DNA of 64,000 nucleotides from Oculatellaceae cyanobacterium bins.114 (GTDB lineage: Bacteria > Cyanobacteriota > Cyanobacteriia > Elainellales > Elainellaceae). Positions 43,946 to 55,576 of the stretch are shown here, piece by piece. Numbering within the stretch: the stretch's first letter is position 1; every line of letters starts with the position of its first letter. Below the pieces are notes generated by a model. It searched no databases. It was not told the origin of the DNA and saw nothing but the letters and a program-made list of their open reading frames with translations. A program made the translations under genes and the position numbers. The stretch covers positions 1 to 64,000 of the forward strand of contig JANRJA010000086.1 of assembly GCA_033764315.1 (NCBI GenBank), in the 5' to 3' direction.

Positions 43946-45811
43946 TTGGTTAAACGAAATCTTTTGAGACAGCATCCTTCTCATCCCCCATCTCGACCTG
44001 GGAAACCATTGAAGCCATTTCTTGTACCCGCTTATCTGGCGATCGCGGCCTATCTTGTCATTTCTGCCAAAGGCAACGCTAATACGCTCGCCTCTCAAGC
44101 CATCTTTCATCAACAGTCCTGGGTTCCCACCCTGGCTCAAGCTTCTCCTCCATTGCCGTTAACACACCAGGGTAATCAAATTGTGTTGAATGGGCGATCG
44201 CTTCCTGGCAACTGGAGTCAACGTCAACAGAGTATTGGAATCAGCGATATATCCCTGCTGCAAACCATTGGGGTCGATTTGCTCAACAGCACTGATGCCA
44301 CACGCCAACCTGTGCAATGGTTTTCAGATCCTGCTACCAACTTCACAACGCTCTCCACCTGGTTCACTGCTCAATATCGCTACCTCGACATCACAGCGTT
44401 TGCCCAACAAGCCGGATGGCAGGTGCGGGTCAACGGCAACACACTGCAAATCTCAACTCCCCCGTCTCAAGTCGTAGGGATTCGCCAGGGACGACAAGAC
44501 TGGGGCGATCGCATTGTCCTCGATCTCGATCAACCAACTCCGTGGCAGGTCACTCAAGAAGCCAGCGAATTGGTCATCACCTTAGGGGTGCAAGCCAGTC
44601 CTGCCTTACTTCAAAGCTTCATTCCCACGTCTGGCAATCGTTTAACTCGCTTAAATGTAGAGGCAAGTAGCAACCAAACCGTCATTCGTGTTGGCATTCC
44701 AGCAGGCTTACGACCTCAAATTTGGACACTGCCCAATCCCAATCGATTAATCATTGATATTCGAGACACTGTGAGAGAACGCGATATCCTCTGGTCAGCC
44801 GGAGTGCAATGGAGAGAGCAAATTGTCAGCACCGACAATGCCCGATTTCCAGTCATCTCGCTACTCATTGATCCCCAACAAGCAGGACTAGCAGTCAAAC
44901 CTATTTGGACTAATCCTGCTGGTGCTGCTGGCACAACTCCCCTTATCACTATGGCTCAACAATCTCAAGTCGCGGCGGCGATCAATGGGGGGTTCTTTAA
45001 CCGCAACAATCAGTTGCCGTTGGGGGCATTGAGACGAGATAACCGTTGGATTTCGGGACCCATTTTAAATCGAGGGGCGATCGCTTGGAACGACACTGGG
45101 GCGATCGCCATTGACCGACTAGATTTTAGAGAAACCCTCACCACCTCAACCGGGCAACAATTTCCCATCACCCTATTCAACACAGGCTACGTCAGAGCCG
45201 GACTCGCCCGCTACACTCCCGATTGGGGTGCCAACTACACCAACATCATTGATAACGAAACAATTCTCACCATTCAAAATAATCAGGTCATTCGCCAACA
45301 AACAACCAGTGCTCAGGGGCAAACAACGGTTCCTATTCCCACCAACGGCTACCTACTGGTGGCACGCTCCTTTAACACAGCTCTAAACGCGCTCCCAGTT
45401 GGCACAACGCTTCAACTGTCTACGGCCTTAACGCCTGCTACCTTCAGTCAATACCCACAAATAGTTGGTGCAGGACCACTGCTCATACGCGATCGCCAAA
45501 TCGTCCTTAATCCTCAAGCAGAGCAATTTACAGAGGCATTCATTCAACAGGCAGCCGTTCGCAGTGTCATCGCCAAAATGCCAGATGGCAAACTAATGAT
45601 ACTAACCATCCAAAATCGTATTAACGGCAGCGGGCCTACCCTCAATGAAACGGCTGAAATCCTCTATCGACTAGGGGCGATTGATGCCCTTAATCTGGAT
45701 GGAGGCAGCTCTACCAGTCTCTATCTAGGCGGCACCCTGATTAACCGCTCTCCCCGAACCGTTGCCCGTGTTCACAATGGCATTGGTATTTTCATCCAAC
45801 CCAACTTCTAA
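43946..45811 (+). CDS. Phosphodiester glycosidase (NAGPA-like) family exported protein
   Basis: AAINGGFF, GAGPLL, ALNLDGGSST; AMIN-like RIVLDL segments. Confidence 0.8.
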   Translation: MVKRNLLRQHPSHPPSRPGKPLKPFLVPAYLAIAAYLVISAKGNANTLASQAIFHQQSWVPTLAQASPPLPLTHQGNQIVLNGRSLPGNWSQRQQSIGISDISLLQTIGVDLLNSTDATRQPVQWFSDPATNFTTLSTWFTAQYRYLDITAFAQQAGWQVRVNGNTLQISTPPSQVVGIRQGRQDWGDRIVLDLDQPTPWQVTQEASELVITLGVQASPALLQSFIPTSGNRLTRLNVEASSNQTVIRVGIPAGLRPQIWTLPNPNRLIIDIRDTVRERDILWSAGVQWREQIVSTDNARFPVISLLIDPQQAGLAVKPIWTNPAGAAGTTPLITMAQQSQVAAAINGGFFNRNNQLPLGALRRDNRWISGPILNRGAIAWNDTGAIAIDRLDFRETLTTSTGQQFPITLFNTGYVRAGLARYTPDWGANYTNIIDNETILTIQNNQVIRQQTTSAQGQTTVPIPTNGYLLVARSFNTALNALPVGTTLQLSTALTPATFSQYPQIVGAGPLLIRDRQIVLNPQAEQFTEAFIQQAAVRSVIAKMPDGKLMILTIQNRINGSGPTLNETAEILYRLGAIDALNLDGGSSTSLYLGGTLINRSPRTVARVHNGIGIFIQPNF

Positions 45812-46422
45812 ACCTCCAAACTGATTGCCAAACAAGCAATAAGGGGTAAAGAGCAAAGGGCATTTGTGAATGGTCAACTCGTCTCGGCTTCTGCTCATCA
45901 ACCCTACAATTGATACCATCTCTAGAAACTTGGGCTACACATCAACATTCTCCATAAAAGGCATTTCGCATAGGCATTTCGCATGTGGCCGTTGTTTGTT
46001 GATTATTGGTTGAATTGGTATGACTACTGCATGACTGACTACTAATGGTCAATTCATAACCTGGCACTTCATTCTCACCCCCCACTCCCCTACTCTCTCA
46101 CTCCCTCGCTCTCTGCTAGCTAAACACACCCCCCACCCAACCTTGACTGCCAACATATCACAATAAGTATTTCTACTCTTTTAGAAGAGACAAAAATAAA
46201 GCTCCTTTGAAGCTGCTATCCCTCCAGTGAAGAATCCATATAAATCGGCCTGTTTTCTAACAAGCGAGTTCCAGAACCCTAAAAATTTCTGCTATGTTTA
46301 GCTTCGGTTTCCCAATGCATACCAACCCTTCTGAGAGTTCATCTCCACGCCTTACTTTAGTTAAACTGACTTAACTCAAACCATTCTTCCACCCTCTAAC
46401 CAACCATTAAGGAGATCATGTC

Positions 46423-46842
46423 ATGCCTCAGACTCAAGAACTCATTCAGCCTACTGTGTCAGCTTTGTCTGCTTCCGTCGGAATCAAAGGAGTCGCCGCG
46501 ACTGAACTCAGACCTTGGGGATCATTTACGGTTTTAGAAGAAGGACGAGGATACAAAATCAAACGGATTGAGGTTAAGCCCGGTCATCGCCTTAGCTTAC
46601 AAATGCACCACCACCGTAGCGAACACTGGATCGTGGTATCTGGCACTGCCAAAGTGGTTTGCGGAGATCAAGAAACGCTGCTATTTAGCAACCAATCAAC
46701 CTATGTGCCTCCTTGCACAACCCATCGCTTAGAAAACCCTGGCGTTATCAACTTGGTGCTCATCGAAGTCCAGAACGGGGAATATTTAGGAGAAGACGAT
46801 ATCGTCCGGTTCCAGGATGACTACGCTCGCGCCAAAGCTTAA
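46423..46842 (+). CDS. Cupin, mannose-6-phosphate isomerase type II C-terminal domain
   Basis: RPWGSF, LSLQMHHHRSEHW, EVQNGEYLGEDDIVRF. Confidence 0.9.
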   Translation: MPQTQELIQPTVSALSASVGIKGVAATELRPWGSFTVLEEGRGYKIKRIEVKPGHRLSLQMHHHRSEHWIVVSGTAKVVCGDQETLLFSNQSTYVPPCTTHRLENPGVINLVLIEVQNGEYLGEDDIVRFQDDYARAKA

Positions 46843-46871
46843 TTTTTTTCTTAAAAGTTATGACAGTTATC

Positions 46872-46912
46872 GATGGGATCGCAATTAAACTTGCGATCCC
46901 ATCTTGTTTTTT
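46872..46912 (+). terminator. Rho-independent terminator
   Basis: GATGGGATCGCAA-loop-TTGCGATCCCATC followed by a T-rich run. Confidence 0.8.
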
Positions 46913-46987
46913 GTGAATGCCTGAAGCGATCGCCACAGCTTAGCAGTAAAATCAGTGGGTTGATTTTGTGATGCTGCCATCACCGTC

Positions 46988-47326
46988 ATGATTCATCTTA
47001 GTCATGCAGCTATTTATGAACTGAATCGCCTCAAAGCACGTCATCCTAATGCTACCGGGGTACGCTTAGCGGTTAAACCTGGAGGATGTGCTGACCTCTA
47101 TTACTCCCTAGAATTTGATCAAGAAATAACCCCTACGGAATACGCTTATCAATATGAGGGAATCCAAATTGCCATTGCTCCTGATAGCCTAAACCACTTA
47201 AAAGGGACTACCATCGATTATTCAGAAGACCTAATGGGGGGCGGATTTCGGTTTCACAACCCTAATGCCACGCGCAGCTGTGATTGTGGAAATTCTTTTG
47301 CAGTTACTCAATTGCATGAAGAGTAA
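46988..47326 (+). CDS. HesB/IscA Fe-S cluster carrier
   Basis: GGC, GGGFRFHNPNA..SCDCGNSF. Confidence 0.9.
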   Translation: MIHLSHAAIYELNRLKARHPNATGVRLAVKPGGCADLYYSLEFDQEITPTEYAYQYEGIQIAIAPDSLNHLKGTTIDYSEDLMGGGFRFHNPNATRSCDCGNSFAVTQLHEE

Positions 47327-47348
47327 TCAAGCAATTTTTTTAGCCAAA

Positions 47349-47378
47349 TTGACAAGCAATCGATAAAATCGGTATAGT
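47349..47378 (+). promoter_or_regulatory. Promoter of the str operon
   Basis: TTGACA-18 nt-TATAGT about 50 nt upstream of rpsL. Confidence 0.7.
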
Positions 47379-47428
47379 TAGAGACTGTGAAAAGTTAGAC
47401 CCGTTAAGAGGTATCCTCACGCTACATC

Positions 47429-47815
47429 ATGCCCACTATTCAGCAACTTATTCGTGACGAGCGCCGCAAGGCGAGCAAAAAAACCAAATCGCCAGCCTTA
47501 AAAAGCTGTCCTCAGCGGCGTGGTGTTTGCACAAGAGTCTATACCACCACTCCTAAGAAGCCCAACTCTGCCCTCCGGAAAGTTGCCAGGGTTCGTTTGA
47601 CTTCTGGGTTTGAGGTAACAGCTTACATTCCGGGTATTGGGCATAACCTTCAAGAGCACTCAGTAGTGATGATTCGTGGAGGTCGGGTTAAAGATTTACC
47701 TGGCGTGCGCTATCACATTATTCGCGGCACTCTTGATACAGCAGGGGTCAAAGATCGTAAACAAGGTCGTTCAAAATACGGTGCTAAGCGACCTAAAGCG
47801 GCAGCAGCCAAGTAA
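47429..47815 (+). CDS. rpsL: 30S ribosomal protein S12
   Basis: [28 protein letters not shown]. Confidence 0.99.
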   Translation: MPTIQQLIRDERRKASKKTKSPALKSCPQRRGVCTRVYTTTPKKPNSALRKVARVRLTSGFEVTAYIPGIGHNLQEHSVVMIRGGRVKDLPGVRYHIIRGTLDTAGVKDRKQGRSKYGAKRPKAAAAK

Positions 47816-48010
47816 AATTAGAAATTGCCTTTTTCAAGAGCAACTGATTTAGCATTCCGATTAAAATGTTCTTTGTCTGCTACTGATGCTGATTGACGCA
47901 TCTGTCAGATAGAGAGTTTTGTTGAGCCAGCTTTTCCACTTGCCTCAAGCTATTGGTTTACGGTCAAGTGTTCACTATCTCTGAGTAAAATTACTTTTCA
48001 CGGTTCTGTT

Positions 48011-48481
48011 ATGTCTCGTCGTACAGTTATTCAAAAGCGTCCAGTTCCTCCCGATCCCACCTACAACAGTCGCCTCGTCAGTATGATGGTGCGGCGATTA
48101 ATGCATTCTGGCAAAAAGTCGATCGCATATGGCATTATTTACGATGCCTTCAAGATTATTCAAGAGCGGACTGGGGGAGAGCCTCTAGAAACGTTTGAGA
48201 AGGCGGTTCGTAACGCTACCCCACTGGTTGAGGTCAAAGCTAGACGGGTTGGTGGAGCTACTTATCAGGTGCCAATGGAAGTTAGAACCGATCGGGGTAT
48301 TGCACTAGCACTTCGCTGGCTTGTTCAATTCTCCCGTTCTCGAACAGGGCGAACAATGGCAGGTAAGTTGGCAAATGAGCTGATGGATGCAGCAAACGAA
48401 ACAGGAAGCACCATTCGCAAGCGCGAAGAAACTCACAGAATGGCAGAAGCCAACAAAGCATTTGCCCACTATCGTTACTAA
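48011..48481 (+). CDS. rpsG: 30S ribosomal protein S7
   Basis: [24 protein letters not shown]. Confidence 0.99.
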   Translation: MSRRTVIQKRPVPPDPTYNSRLVSMMVRRLMHSGKKSIAYGIIYDAFKIIQERTGGEPLETFEKAVRNATPLVEVKARRVGGATYQVPMEVRTDRGIALALRWLVQFSRSRTGRTMAGKLANELMDAANETGSTIRKREETHRMAEANKAFAHYRY

Positions 48482-48568
48482 GCTTCTCTGCAACTTAGCT
48501 TCGCAAAAGTATAAAATCTTAATAGAGCCGCTAGGATTGTGTATCAGCGGCAATGTAAGGAGATAGCT

Positions 48569-50647
48569 GTGGCACGCACCGTCCCGCTTGAACGAATAAG
48601 AAATATCGGAATTGCCGCACATATCGATGCAGGCAAAACGACAACAACTGAGCGCATTTTGTTCTACTCTGGTGTGGTTCACAAAATGGGTGAGGTTCAC
48701 GAAGGGACTGCTGTAACTGATTGGATGGATCAGGAACGGGAACGCGGAATCACCATCACAGCCGCCGCCATTAGTACCAGTTGGAAGGATCACCAAGTCA
48801 ATATCATTGATACCCCAGGACACGTTGACTTCACAATTGAAGTCGAACGCTCTATGAGAGTCTTGGATGGTGTGATCGCAGTGTTTTGCTCTGTTGGTGG
48901 TGTTCAACCCCAATCTGAGACAGTTTGGCGGCAAGCTGATCGCTACAAAGTTCCCCGTATCGTCTTTGTGAACAAGATGGATCGGACTGGGGCAAACTTT
49001 TTTAAGGTTTACGGTCAGATTCGCGATCGCCTCCGAGCTAATGCCGTCCCTATCCAAATTCCTATCGGCAGCGAAGATGTCTTTAAAGGCATTGTGGACT
49101 TGGTACGGATGAAGGCTTACATCTACACCAACGACATTGGAACAGACATCCAAGAGACGGCTATTCCTGACGAGGTCAAAGAGCAAGTCGAGGAATTTCG
49201 CCTGAAGTTAATCGAGTCTGTTGCAGAAACAGATGATCTTCTGACTGAGAAGTATTTGGAAGGTGAGGAATTAACTCAGGAAGAAATCGCAGCTGCTCTC
49301 CGTAAGGCAACTCTTACTGGAGCTATTGTTCCAATGCTCTGTGGCTCTGCCTTTAAAAATAAGGGAGTTCAACTATTGCTGGATGCAGTTATTGATTACC
49401 TACCTGCTCCCATCGATGTCCCTGCCATTCAAGGTATGCTACCAGATGGAAGCCCTGTCGAACGCTGTGCGAGTGACAGTGAGCCTCTATCGGCCTTAGC
49501 ATTCAAAATCATGGCTGATAAGTTTGTCGGTCGTTTGACCTTCATCCGGGTCTACTCTGGGGTTTTGAAAAAAGGCAGCTACGTCCTTAACTCTTCTAAA
49601 AATAAGAAGGAAAGGGTGTCTCGTCTGATTGTATTAAAGGCTGATGAACGAATTGACGTAGATGAGCTTCGAGCAGGAGACCTAGGAGCAATTCCGGGAT
49701 TATCAGATACCCTCACGGGTGATACTCTTTGTGATGAGTCTGCCCCAGTTATTCTAGAGTCGCTCTTCGTTCCAGAACCTGTCATCTCGGTTGCAGTTGA
49801 ACCTAAAACCAAGCAAGACATGGATAAGCTTTCTAAGGCACTGAAAGCTCTATCAGAGGAAGACCCTACTTTTCGTGTCAGCATTGACCCAGAAACCAAC
49901 CAAACCGTAATTGCCGGGATGGGTGAGCTGCATCTGGAAATCCTGGTTGATCGGATGTTACGAGAGTTCAAGGTTGAGGCAAATGTGGGCGCACCACAGG
50001 TGGCTTATCGAGAAACGATTCGTAAGTCTGTTCGGCAGGAGGGCAAATTTGTCCGCCAGAGCGGTGGTAAAGGTCAATATGGACATGTGGTAATTGAGTT
50101 AGAACCAGGTGAGCCTGGAACTGGCTTCGAGTTTGTCTCTAAGATAGTTGGGGGAGTCATTCCCAAGGAATACATTTCTCCAGCAGAACAGGGCATGAAG
50201 GAAGCTTGTGAATCTGGCATCATGGCAGGATATCCAGTCATTGATGTTAAGGTGACTTTGGTAGATGGCTCTTATCACGATGTTGATTCTTCTGAAATGG
50301 CTTTTAAGATTGCAGGTTCAATGGCAATCAAAGAAGCTGTGATGAAGGCTTCCCCAGTTCTGCTAGAACCTATGATGAAGGTTGAAGTAGAAGTTCCAGA
50401 AGGATTTCTAGGGGATGTCATGGGAGATCTCAACTCTCGTAGAGGACAGATCGAAGGGATGGACTCTACGGATGGCATTGCTAAGGTTACTTCAAAGGTG
50501 CCTCTAGCGGAAATGTTCGGATATGCTACTGATATTCGGTCTAAAACCCAAGGTCGTGGCATATTCTCAATGGAGTTCAGTCGCTATGAGGAAGTGCCTC
50601 GCAACGTGGCTGAAACTATCATTGCTAAGAGTAAAGGGAACGCATAA
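48569..50647 (+). CDS. fusA: Elongation factor G
   Basis: [20 protein letters not shown] start after AGGAG. Confidence 0.99.
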   Translation: MARTVPLERIRNIGIAAHIDAGKTTTTERILFYSGVVHKMGEVHEGTAVTDWMDQERERGITITAAAISTSWKDHQVNIIDTPGHVDFTIEVERSMRVLDGVIAVFCSVGGVQPQSETVWRQADRYKVPRIVFVNKMDRTGANFFKVYGQIRDRLRANAVPIQIPIGSEDVFKGIVDLVRMKAYIYTNDIGTDIQETAIPDEVKEQVEEFRLKLIESVAETDDLLTEKYLEGEELTQEEIAAALRKATLTGAIVPMLCGSAFKNKGVQLLLDAVIDYLPAPIDVPAIQGMLPDGSPVERCASDSEPLSALAFKIMADKFVGRLTFIRVYSGVLKKGSYVLNSSKNKKERVSRLIVLKADERIDVDELRAGDLGAIPGLSDTLTGDTLCDESAPVILESLFVPEPVISVAVEPKTKQDMDKLSKALKALSEEDPTFRVSIDPETNQTVIAGMGELHLEILVDRMLREFKVEANVGAPQVAYRETIRKSVRQEGKFVRQSGGKGQYGHVVIELEPGEPGTGFEFVSKIVGGVIPKEYISPAEQGMKEACESGIMAGYPVIDVKVTLVDGSYHDVDSSEMAFKIAGSMAIKEAVMKASPVLLEPMMKVEVEVPEGFLGDVMGDLNSRRGQIEGMDSTDGIAKVTSKVPLAEMFGYATDIRSKTQGRGIFSMEFSRYEEVPRNVAETIIAKSKGNA

Positions 50648-50671
50648 TCAGAAAAAGGGACACATAGATTC

Positions 50672-51901
50672 ATGGCACGCGCAAAATTTGAAAGAACCAA
50701 ACCCCACGTCAACATTGGCACAATTGGTCACGTTGACCACGGCAAAACAACCCTGACAGCCGCTATCACAATGACTTTGGCGGCGTTGGGTCAGGCTCAA
50801 GCAAGAAAGTACGATGAGATTGATGCGGCTCCTGAAGAGAAAGCTCGGGGCATCACGATTAACACAGCTCACGTCGAATATGAGACTGAGAATCGTCACT
50901 ATGCTCACGTAGATTGTCCAGGGCACGCTGACTATGTGAAGAACATGATCACAGGGGCAGCCCAAATGGATGGTGCTATCCTCGTGGTTGCGGCAACAGA
51001 TGGCGCGATGCCTCAAACTAAAGAGCACATCTTGTTGGCAAAACAAGTGGGTGTTCCTAGCATGGTGGTCTTTCTGAATAAGGTAGACCAAGTTGATGAT
51101 GAAGAACTTTTGGAACTTGTTGAACTAGAATTGCGCGAGCTTCTAAGTGACTATGAGTTCCCTGGTGATGATATTCCAATCATCCGGGGTTCGGGGTTGA
51201 TGGCATTAGAAGCCATGATTAAAAATCCTAAAACTAGCAAAGGTGACAATGAGTGGGTTGATAAGATCTACGAATTGATGGATGCTGTTGACTCCTTCAT
51301 CCCCACGCCTGAGAGAGATATAGACAAGCCATTCTTAATGGCGGTAGAAGATGTCTTCTCCATCACAGGTCGGGGTACTGTTGCTACAGGTCGGATTGAG
51401 CGTGGCAAAGTCAAAATCGGTGATGATGTTGAGCTTGTAGGCATTCGCGATACCCAAAAAACCAAGGTAACTGGGATCGAGATGTTTAAGAAGAGCTTAG
51501 AAGAAGGGATGGCAGGCGATAACGCGGGTCTCCTACTTCGCGGTGTCCAGAAGACTGATATTGAGCGCGGCATGGTGATTGCTAAGCCTGGCTCAATTAC
51601 TCCTCACACTCAATTTGAGGGTGAAGTTTACATTCTGACTGAAAAAGAGGGGGGGCGCAAAACTCCTTTCTTCCCTGGATATAAGCCTCAGTTCTATGTT
51701 CGGACAACGGATGTAACGGGAACAATCGCGGCTTTCACAGCTGACGATGGTAGTGCAGCTGAAATGGTAATGCCCGGCGATCGCATCAAGATGACTGTTG
51801 AGTTAATCAACGCGATCGCAATCGAACAAGGGATGCGCTTTGCCATCCGTGAAGGGGGTCGTACCATTGGTGCTGGCGTTGTCTCTAAGATCGTCAAGTA
51901 A
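50672..51901 (+). CDS. tuf: Elongation factor Tu
   Basis: [17 protein letters not shown]. Confidence 0.99.
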   Translation: MARAKFERTKPHVNIGTIGHVDHGKTTLTAAITMTLAALGQAQARKYDEIDAAPEEKARGITINTAHVEYETENRHYAHVDCPGHADYVKNMITGAAQMDGAILVVAATDGAMPQTKEHILLAKQVGVPSMVVFLNKVDQVDDEELLELVELELRELLSDYEFPGDDIPIIRGSGLMALEAMIKNPKTSKGDNEWVDKIYELMDAVDSFIPTPERDIDKPFLMAVEDVFSITGRGTVATGRIERGKVKIGDDVELVGIRDTQKTKVTGIEMFKKSLEEGMAGDNAGLLLRGVQKTDIERGMVIAKPGSITPHTQFEGEVYILTEKEGGRKTPFFPGYKPQFYVRTTDVTGTIAAFTADDGSAAEMVMPGDRIKMTVELINAIAIEQGMRFAIREGGRTIGAGVVSKIVK

Positions 51902-51934
51902 CGCTCACCGATTTAGGTTGGCTCATCTTTGATC

Positions 51935-51970
51935 ATCAGCAGTCGATCTTTAGATTGGCTGCTGATTATT
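51935..51970 (+). terminator. Hairpin downstream of tuf
   Basis: ATCAGCAGTCGATC-TTTA-GATTGGCTGCTGAT. Confidence 0.55.
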
Positions 51971-52127
51971 CTGGAGCTAATATCTTTAAGGTCTAGTCAA
52001 CCAACCGATCAACGATTGGTTGCACGCTAACTTTTACCGCGTTTTATCAAAGTAGGCTAGACCAGTTTTTGTAGTTCACTCTTCAAATTGAACCTAGACA
52101 ATTTAATCAGTTCATAGAGGTATATTC

Positions 52128-52445
52128 ATGGCAGCTATTCAACAACAAAAGATTCGTATTCGCCTGAAAGCATTTGATCGTCGTTTATTAGACACATCTT
52201 GCGAAAAGATTGTGGATACGGCTAACCGGACAAATGCCACTGCCATCGGTCCTATTCCTTTACCAACTAAGCGTCGGATCTATTGCGTTTTGCGATCGCC
52301 CCACGTTGATAAAGACTCCCGAGAGCATTTTGAGACTCGTACCCATCGCCGCATTATTGACATTTATCAGCCTTCTTCTAAGACCATTGACGCATTGATG
52401 AAACTTGATTTACCCGCTGGCGTCGATATCGAGGTTAAGTTATAA
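52128..52445 (+). CDS. rpsJ: 30S ribosomal protein S10
   Basis: [24 protein letters not shown]. Confidence 0.99.
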   Translation: MAAIQQQKIRIRLKAFDRRLLDTSCEKIVDTANRTNATAIGPIPLPTKRRIYCVLRSPHVDKDSREHFETRTHRRIIDIYQPSSKTIDALMKLDLPAGVDIEVKL

Positions 52446-52600
52446 CCTCCTGATTGCTGCCGAGAGACCTAAACAATGCGATAAACTAGGGATTAGTGAC
52501 ATTCAGCAGTTGAAAACTTTGCTTTAGCTACGGCAAGTAGTGTTTGTAAGGTTACACTTTTGTTCTGCTTGTGGGATCCCTAATGGGGATGAAAATTACG

Positions 52601-53245
52601 ATGACCTTTTCATCTGTTGCTGTACGAGAGCTTCCCTTGTTTCCATTGCCTGAGGTAGTCCTATTTCCTGACAGGCGGCTTCCCCTTCATATCTTTGAGT
52701 TTCGGTATCGAATCATGATGAATACAATCCTTCAAAGCGATCGCCGCTTTGGGGTGTTGATGGTCGATCCAATTGAGGGTAAAGTCGCCAATGTCGGTTG
52801 CTGTGCAGAAATCATCCATTGTCAGCGTTTGCCTGACGATCGTCTAAAAATTATGACGTTGGGTCAGCAGCGATTTCGAGTTTTAGATTATGTGCGTGAA
52901 AAACCCTATTATGTCGGGTTAGTAGAGTGGATTGAAGACCACCCTACAGAGCGAGACATTCAGACCCTCTCAGTCGAAGTAGACCAGTTATTAAGAGATG
53001 TGGTGCGGCTGTCGGCTAAGCTGACGGGTCAAGAAATTGAGCTTCCTGATGACATTCCAGATTCTCCTATTGAGTTATCTTATTGGGTTGCAAGCAATTT
53101 GTATGGGGTTGCTCAAGAGCAGCAGTCACTTTTAGAAATGCAAGATACAGGGACTCGTTTAGAACGCGAGGCAGAGATTTTAACATCTACCCGTAATCAT
53201 CTGGCAGCCCGTACCGTTCTAAAAGATGCTTTTCAATCTGAATGA
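52601..53245 (+). CDS. Lon peptidase substrate-binding (LON_N) domain protein
   Basis: ELPLFPLPEVVLFP..LPLHIFEFRYRIM; usual cyanobacterial position after rpsJ. Confidence 0.9.
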   Translation: MTFSSVAVRELPLFPLPEVVLFPDRRLPLHIFEFRYRIMMNTILQSDRRFGVLMVDPIEGKVANVGCCAEIIHCQRLPDDRLKIMTLGQQRFRVLDYVREKPYYVGLVEWIEDHPTERDIQTLSVEVDQLLRDVVRLSAKLTGQEIELPDDIPDSPIELSYWVASNLYGVAQEQQSLLEMQDTGTRLEREAEILTSTRNHLAARTVLKDAFQSE

Positions 53246-53266
53246 CCTCAATAACCCTGTCCCAAT

Positions 53267-54109
53267 TTAAGAACTAAGGGGCAAAATTGCATAACTTCCA
53301 AAGATTTTTAGGGTCTCGGTGTATTGCTGGAGTTCTTCTAAGGCATCTTGCACCGATGGGTAGTGTACATCTACCTCGATATCAATAAAAAAAAGATATT
53401 CTCCCAGCGATCGCTTGGTTGGGCGAGACTCAATGCGGCTCAGGTTAATATCCCTCTGAGCAAAAATTTGTAGCACTTTGGCTAAGGCCCCTGGTAAATT
53501 AGCAGGCAAACTAAAGGCGAGAGAGGTATGACTGCCACCCGGTGAGGGTTCTAAACTGAGTGCCCAAAAACGAGTGCAGTTATCAGGGTGGTCGTTAATG
53601 GGATGTGCCAAGGTGGGCAGATGATAGAGCTGAGCAGCCCGTTGAGAAGCGATCGCCGCTACCGTTTCATCTTGTTCTAGATATTGCAATGCCTCTGTCG
53701 TTGAGTGGGTAGGAAGCAACTGGGCATTAGGTAACGCTGTTTCTAGCCACCCTTGGCACTGTGCTAATGCTTGAGGATGGGAGTAGACCGTTCGCAGTCC
53801 TTCTAGGTGCTTAGCATACGATAGCAAGGCGTGAGAAATCGGGAGCACAAGTGCCTGTTGAATGCGTAATGCATCCAGTTGCCACAAAGTATCAAGCGTA
53901 ACGGTGACACTGCCCTCAATAGAATTCTCAACCGGCACAACCGCAACTTGGGATTGTTGGGAGGCGATCGCTCTCAAGCAATGGGCAATCGTGGGATAAG
54001 GATGGAAGTGAGACTCAATTTCTCGTTGTTTAAGAGCAGCACTATAGGCAAGCGCAGCAACTTCTGAGTATGTTCCGGAAGGGCCTAAGTAAGCGATCGC
54101 TAGAGACAT
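53267..54109 (-). CDS. pheA: Prephenate dehydratase
   Basis: AYLGPSGTYS, VPVENSIEG, SHPQALAQC, NCTRF, IESRP. Confidence 0.95.
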   Translation of the reverse strand: MSLAIAYLGPSGTYSEVAALAYSAALKQREIESHFHPYPTIAHCLRAIASQQSQVAVVPVENSIEGSVTVTLDTLWQLDALRIQQALVLPISHALLSYAKHLEGLRTVYSHPQALAQCQGWLETALPNAQLLPTHSTTEALQYLEQDETVAAIASQRAAQLYHLPTLAHPINDHPDNCTRFWALSLEPSPGGSHTSLAFSLPANLPGALAKVLQIFAQRDINLSRIESRPTKRSLGEYLFFIDIEVDVHYPSVQDALEELQQYTETLKIFGSYAILPLSS

Positions 54110-54318
54110 AGAGTCGGCTGTAAGGTCTTAATCAAGTTGAGCAACTGAAACAGCAGAATTATTGAGAAATTACTACATTGGGTTAAGCATAATCAGAAAG
54201 TTTACTGGGAAACACGTATACTTCCTAAAATCAACGTTGTTTTCTTGGAAAAATTGTAAAATTTAGTTAAAGACAGTTCTGAACAGTTCACATTCAATCT
54301 CATCTCCCCCAACCTCCC

Positions 54319-54906
54319 ATGTCTATTCGCTTTACTGCGTCCCAATCGGTTGAATTGGCTGTTCCAGAGCAGCCCATTCCCATTCAACATTACCTCCGTC
54401 AACCTCAGCGTTTGATTCGAGCACTAGTTGACCCAAGCCGAATGGAGCAGTTAAGTGCTGATAGCTTTCGCCTCAAGATGCGTCCCATCAGCTTTATGAT
54501 GTTGAGCTTGCAACCTGTTGTAGACATGCGAGTCTGGTCAGAGGCAAATGGCACCATTCGTTTAGAATCGATTGGGTGTGAGATTCGTGGTATTGAGTAT
54601 ATCAATCAACGGTTTAAGCTGAATTTAGTGGGAAAGCTTAGCCCTGTTGTGGTTAACCAGACGACGCATTTGCGGGGAAGGGCTGATTTAGAGGTGCAGG
54701 TAGAATTGCCTCCCGCTTTTTTAATGACACCCAAACCGCTGTTAGAAGCAACAGGTAATGGATTGCTGCGGAGCGTCTTGTTGACCGTCAAACAACGATT
54801 GATGCACCAACTGTTAGTGGATTATCGCAAATGGGTCACAGCTCAGACTGTAGATGCTCAGAATGAGCGATCGCCCATGTTGCCAAGCAACAGCCCTATC
54901 ATCTAG
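54319..54906 (+). CDS. DUF1997 family protein
   Basis: FTASQSV..V......IQHYLRQPQRL pattern. Confidence 0.8.
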   Translation: MSIRFTASQSVELAVPEQPIPIQHYLRQPQRLIRALVDPSRMEQLSADSFRLKMRPISFMMLSLQPVVDMRVWSEANGTIRLESIGCEIRGIEYINQRFKLNLVGKLSPVVVNQTTHLRGRADLEVQVELPPAFLMTPKPLLEATGNGLLRSVLLTVKQRLMHQLLVDYRKWVTAQTVDAQNERSPMLPSNSPII

Positions 54907-54909
54907 GGT

Positions 54910-55551
54910 TCACCTATCTTGCAGATCAATTGCTGGCATACGACAAGGGCTAAATGAGCGACGGTGATAGAGTGTCACCCCTAGCTGTTGTAAAGCTTGC
55001 CGATGCTTGGCTGTGCCATAGCCTTTATTAGTCGCCAAATCATAGCCTGGATATCGTTGTGCGAGACGGGTTATCAATTCGTCTCGCCATACTTTAGCGA
55101 TAATGCTAGCCGCCGCGATCGCCAAAGACTGTTGATCACCCTTAATCAGAGTTTGTTGGGGAATAGGCAGATGAGGCACTCTCTGATTGCCATCAATCAG
55201 GCATAGCTGTGGTGCGGGAACTAACCGTGAAATAGCCCGCCGCATCGACAGCAAAGACGCTTGCAAGATGTTGAGCCGATCAATCTCACGAACCGATGCA
55301 ATCCCAATTTTGCAATCAATGGCGATCGCTCGAATTAGATGCCCCAATGCCACTCGCTGGGTTGCCGTAAGCTGCTTGCTATCAGTCACTCCTGCTGCCA
55401 TCAAATCTGCTGTCGCCATCTCTGGCAAAATTACCGCTGCCGCCACAACAGGGCCAAACAACGCTCCTCGCCCTACTTCATCAACACCCGCAACACAATC
55501 TGTATGGGGAAGGGGGCTGGTCTCCAACAAAGTAAGCTGTTGAGGAATCAC
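54910..55551 (-). CDS. rnhB: Ribonuclease HII
   Basis: GVDEVGRG, DSKQL, IAAASIIAKV.RD, NKGYGT. Confidence 0.95.
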   Translation of the reverse strand: MIPQQLTLLETSPLPHTDCVAGVDEVGRGALFGPVVAAAVILPEMATADLMAAGVTDSKQLTATQRVALGHLIRAIAIDCKIGIASVREIDRLNILQASLLSMRRAISRLVPAPQLCLIDGNQRVPHLPIPQQTLIKGDQQSLAIAAASIIAKVWRDELITRLAQRYPGYDLATNKGYGTAKHRQALQQLGVTLYHRRSFSPCRMPAIDLQDR

Positions 55552-55576
55552 GATTAATGGTTCATCCTCCTAAGGC

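Noticed and set aside
48305..51897. Long antisense ORFs over rpsG/fusA/tuf (e.g. 293 aa)
   Set aside because: Antisense shadows of codon-biased, highly conserved genes
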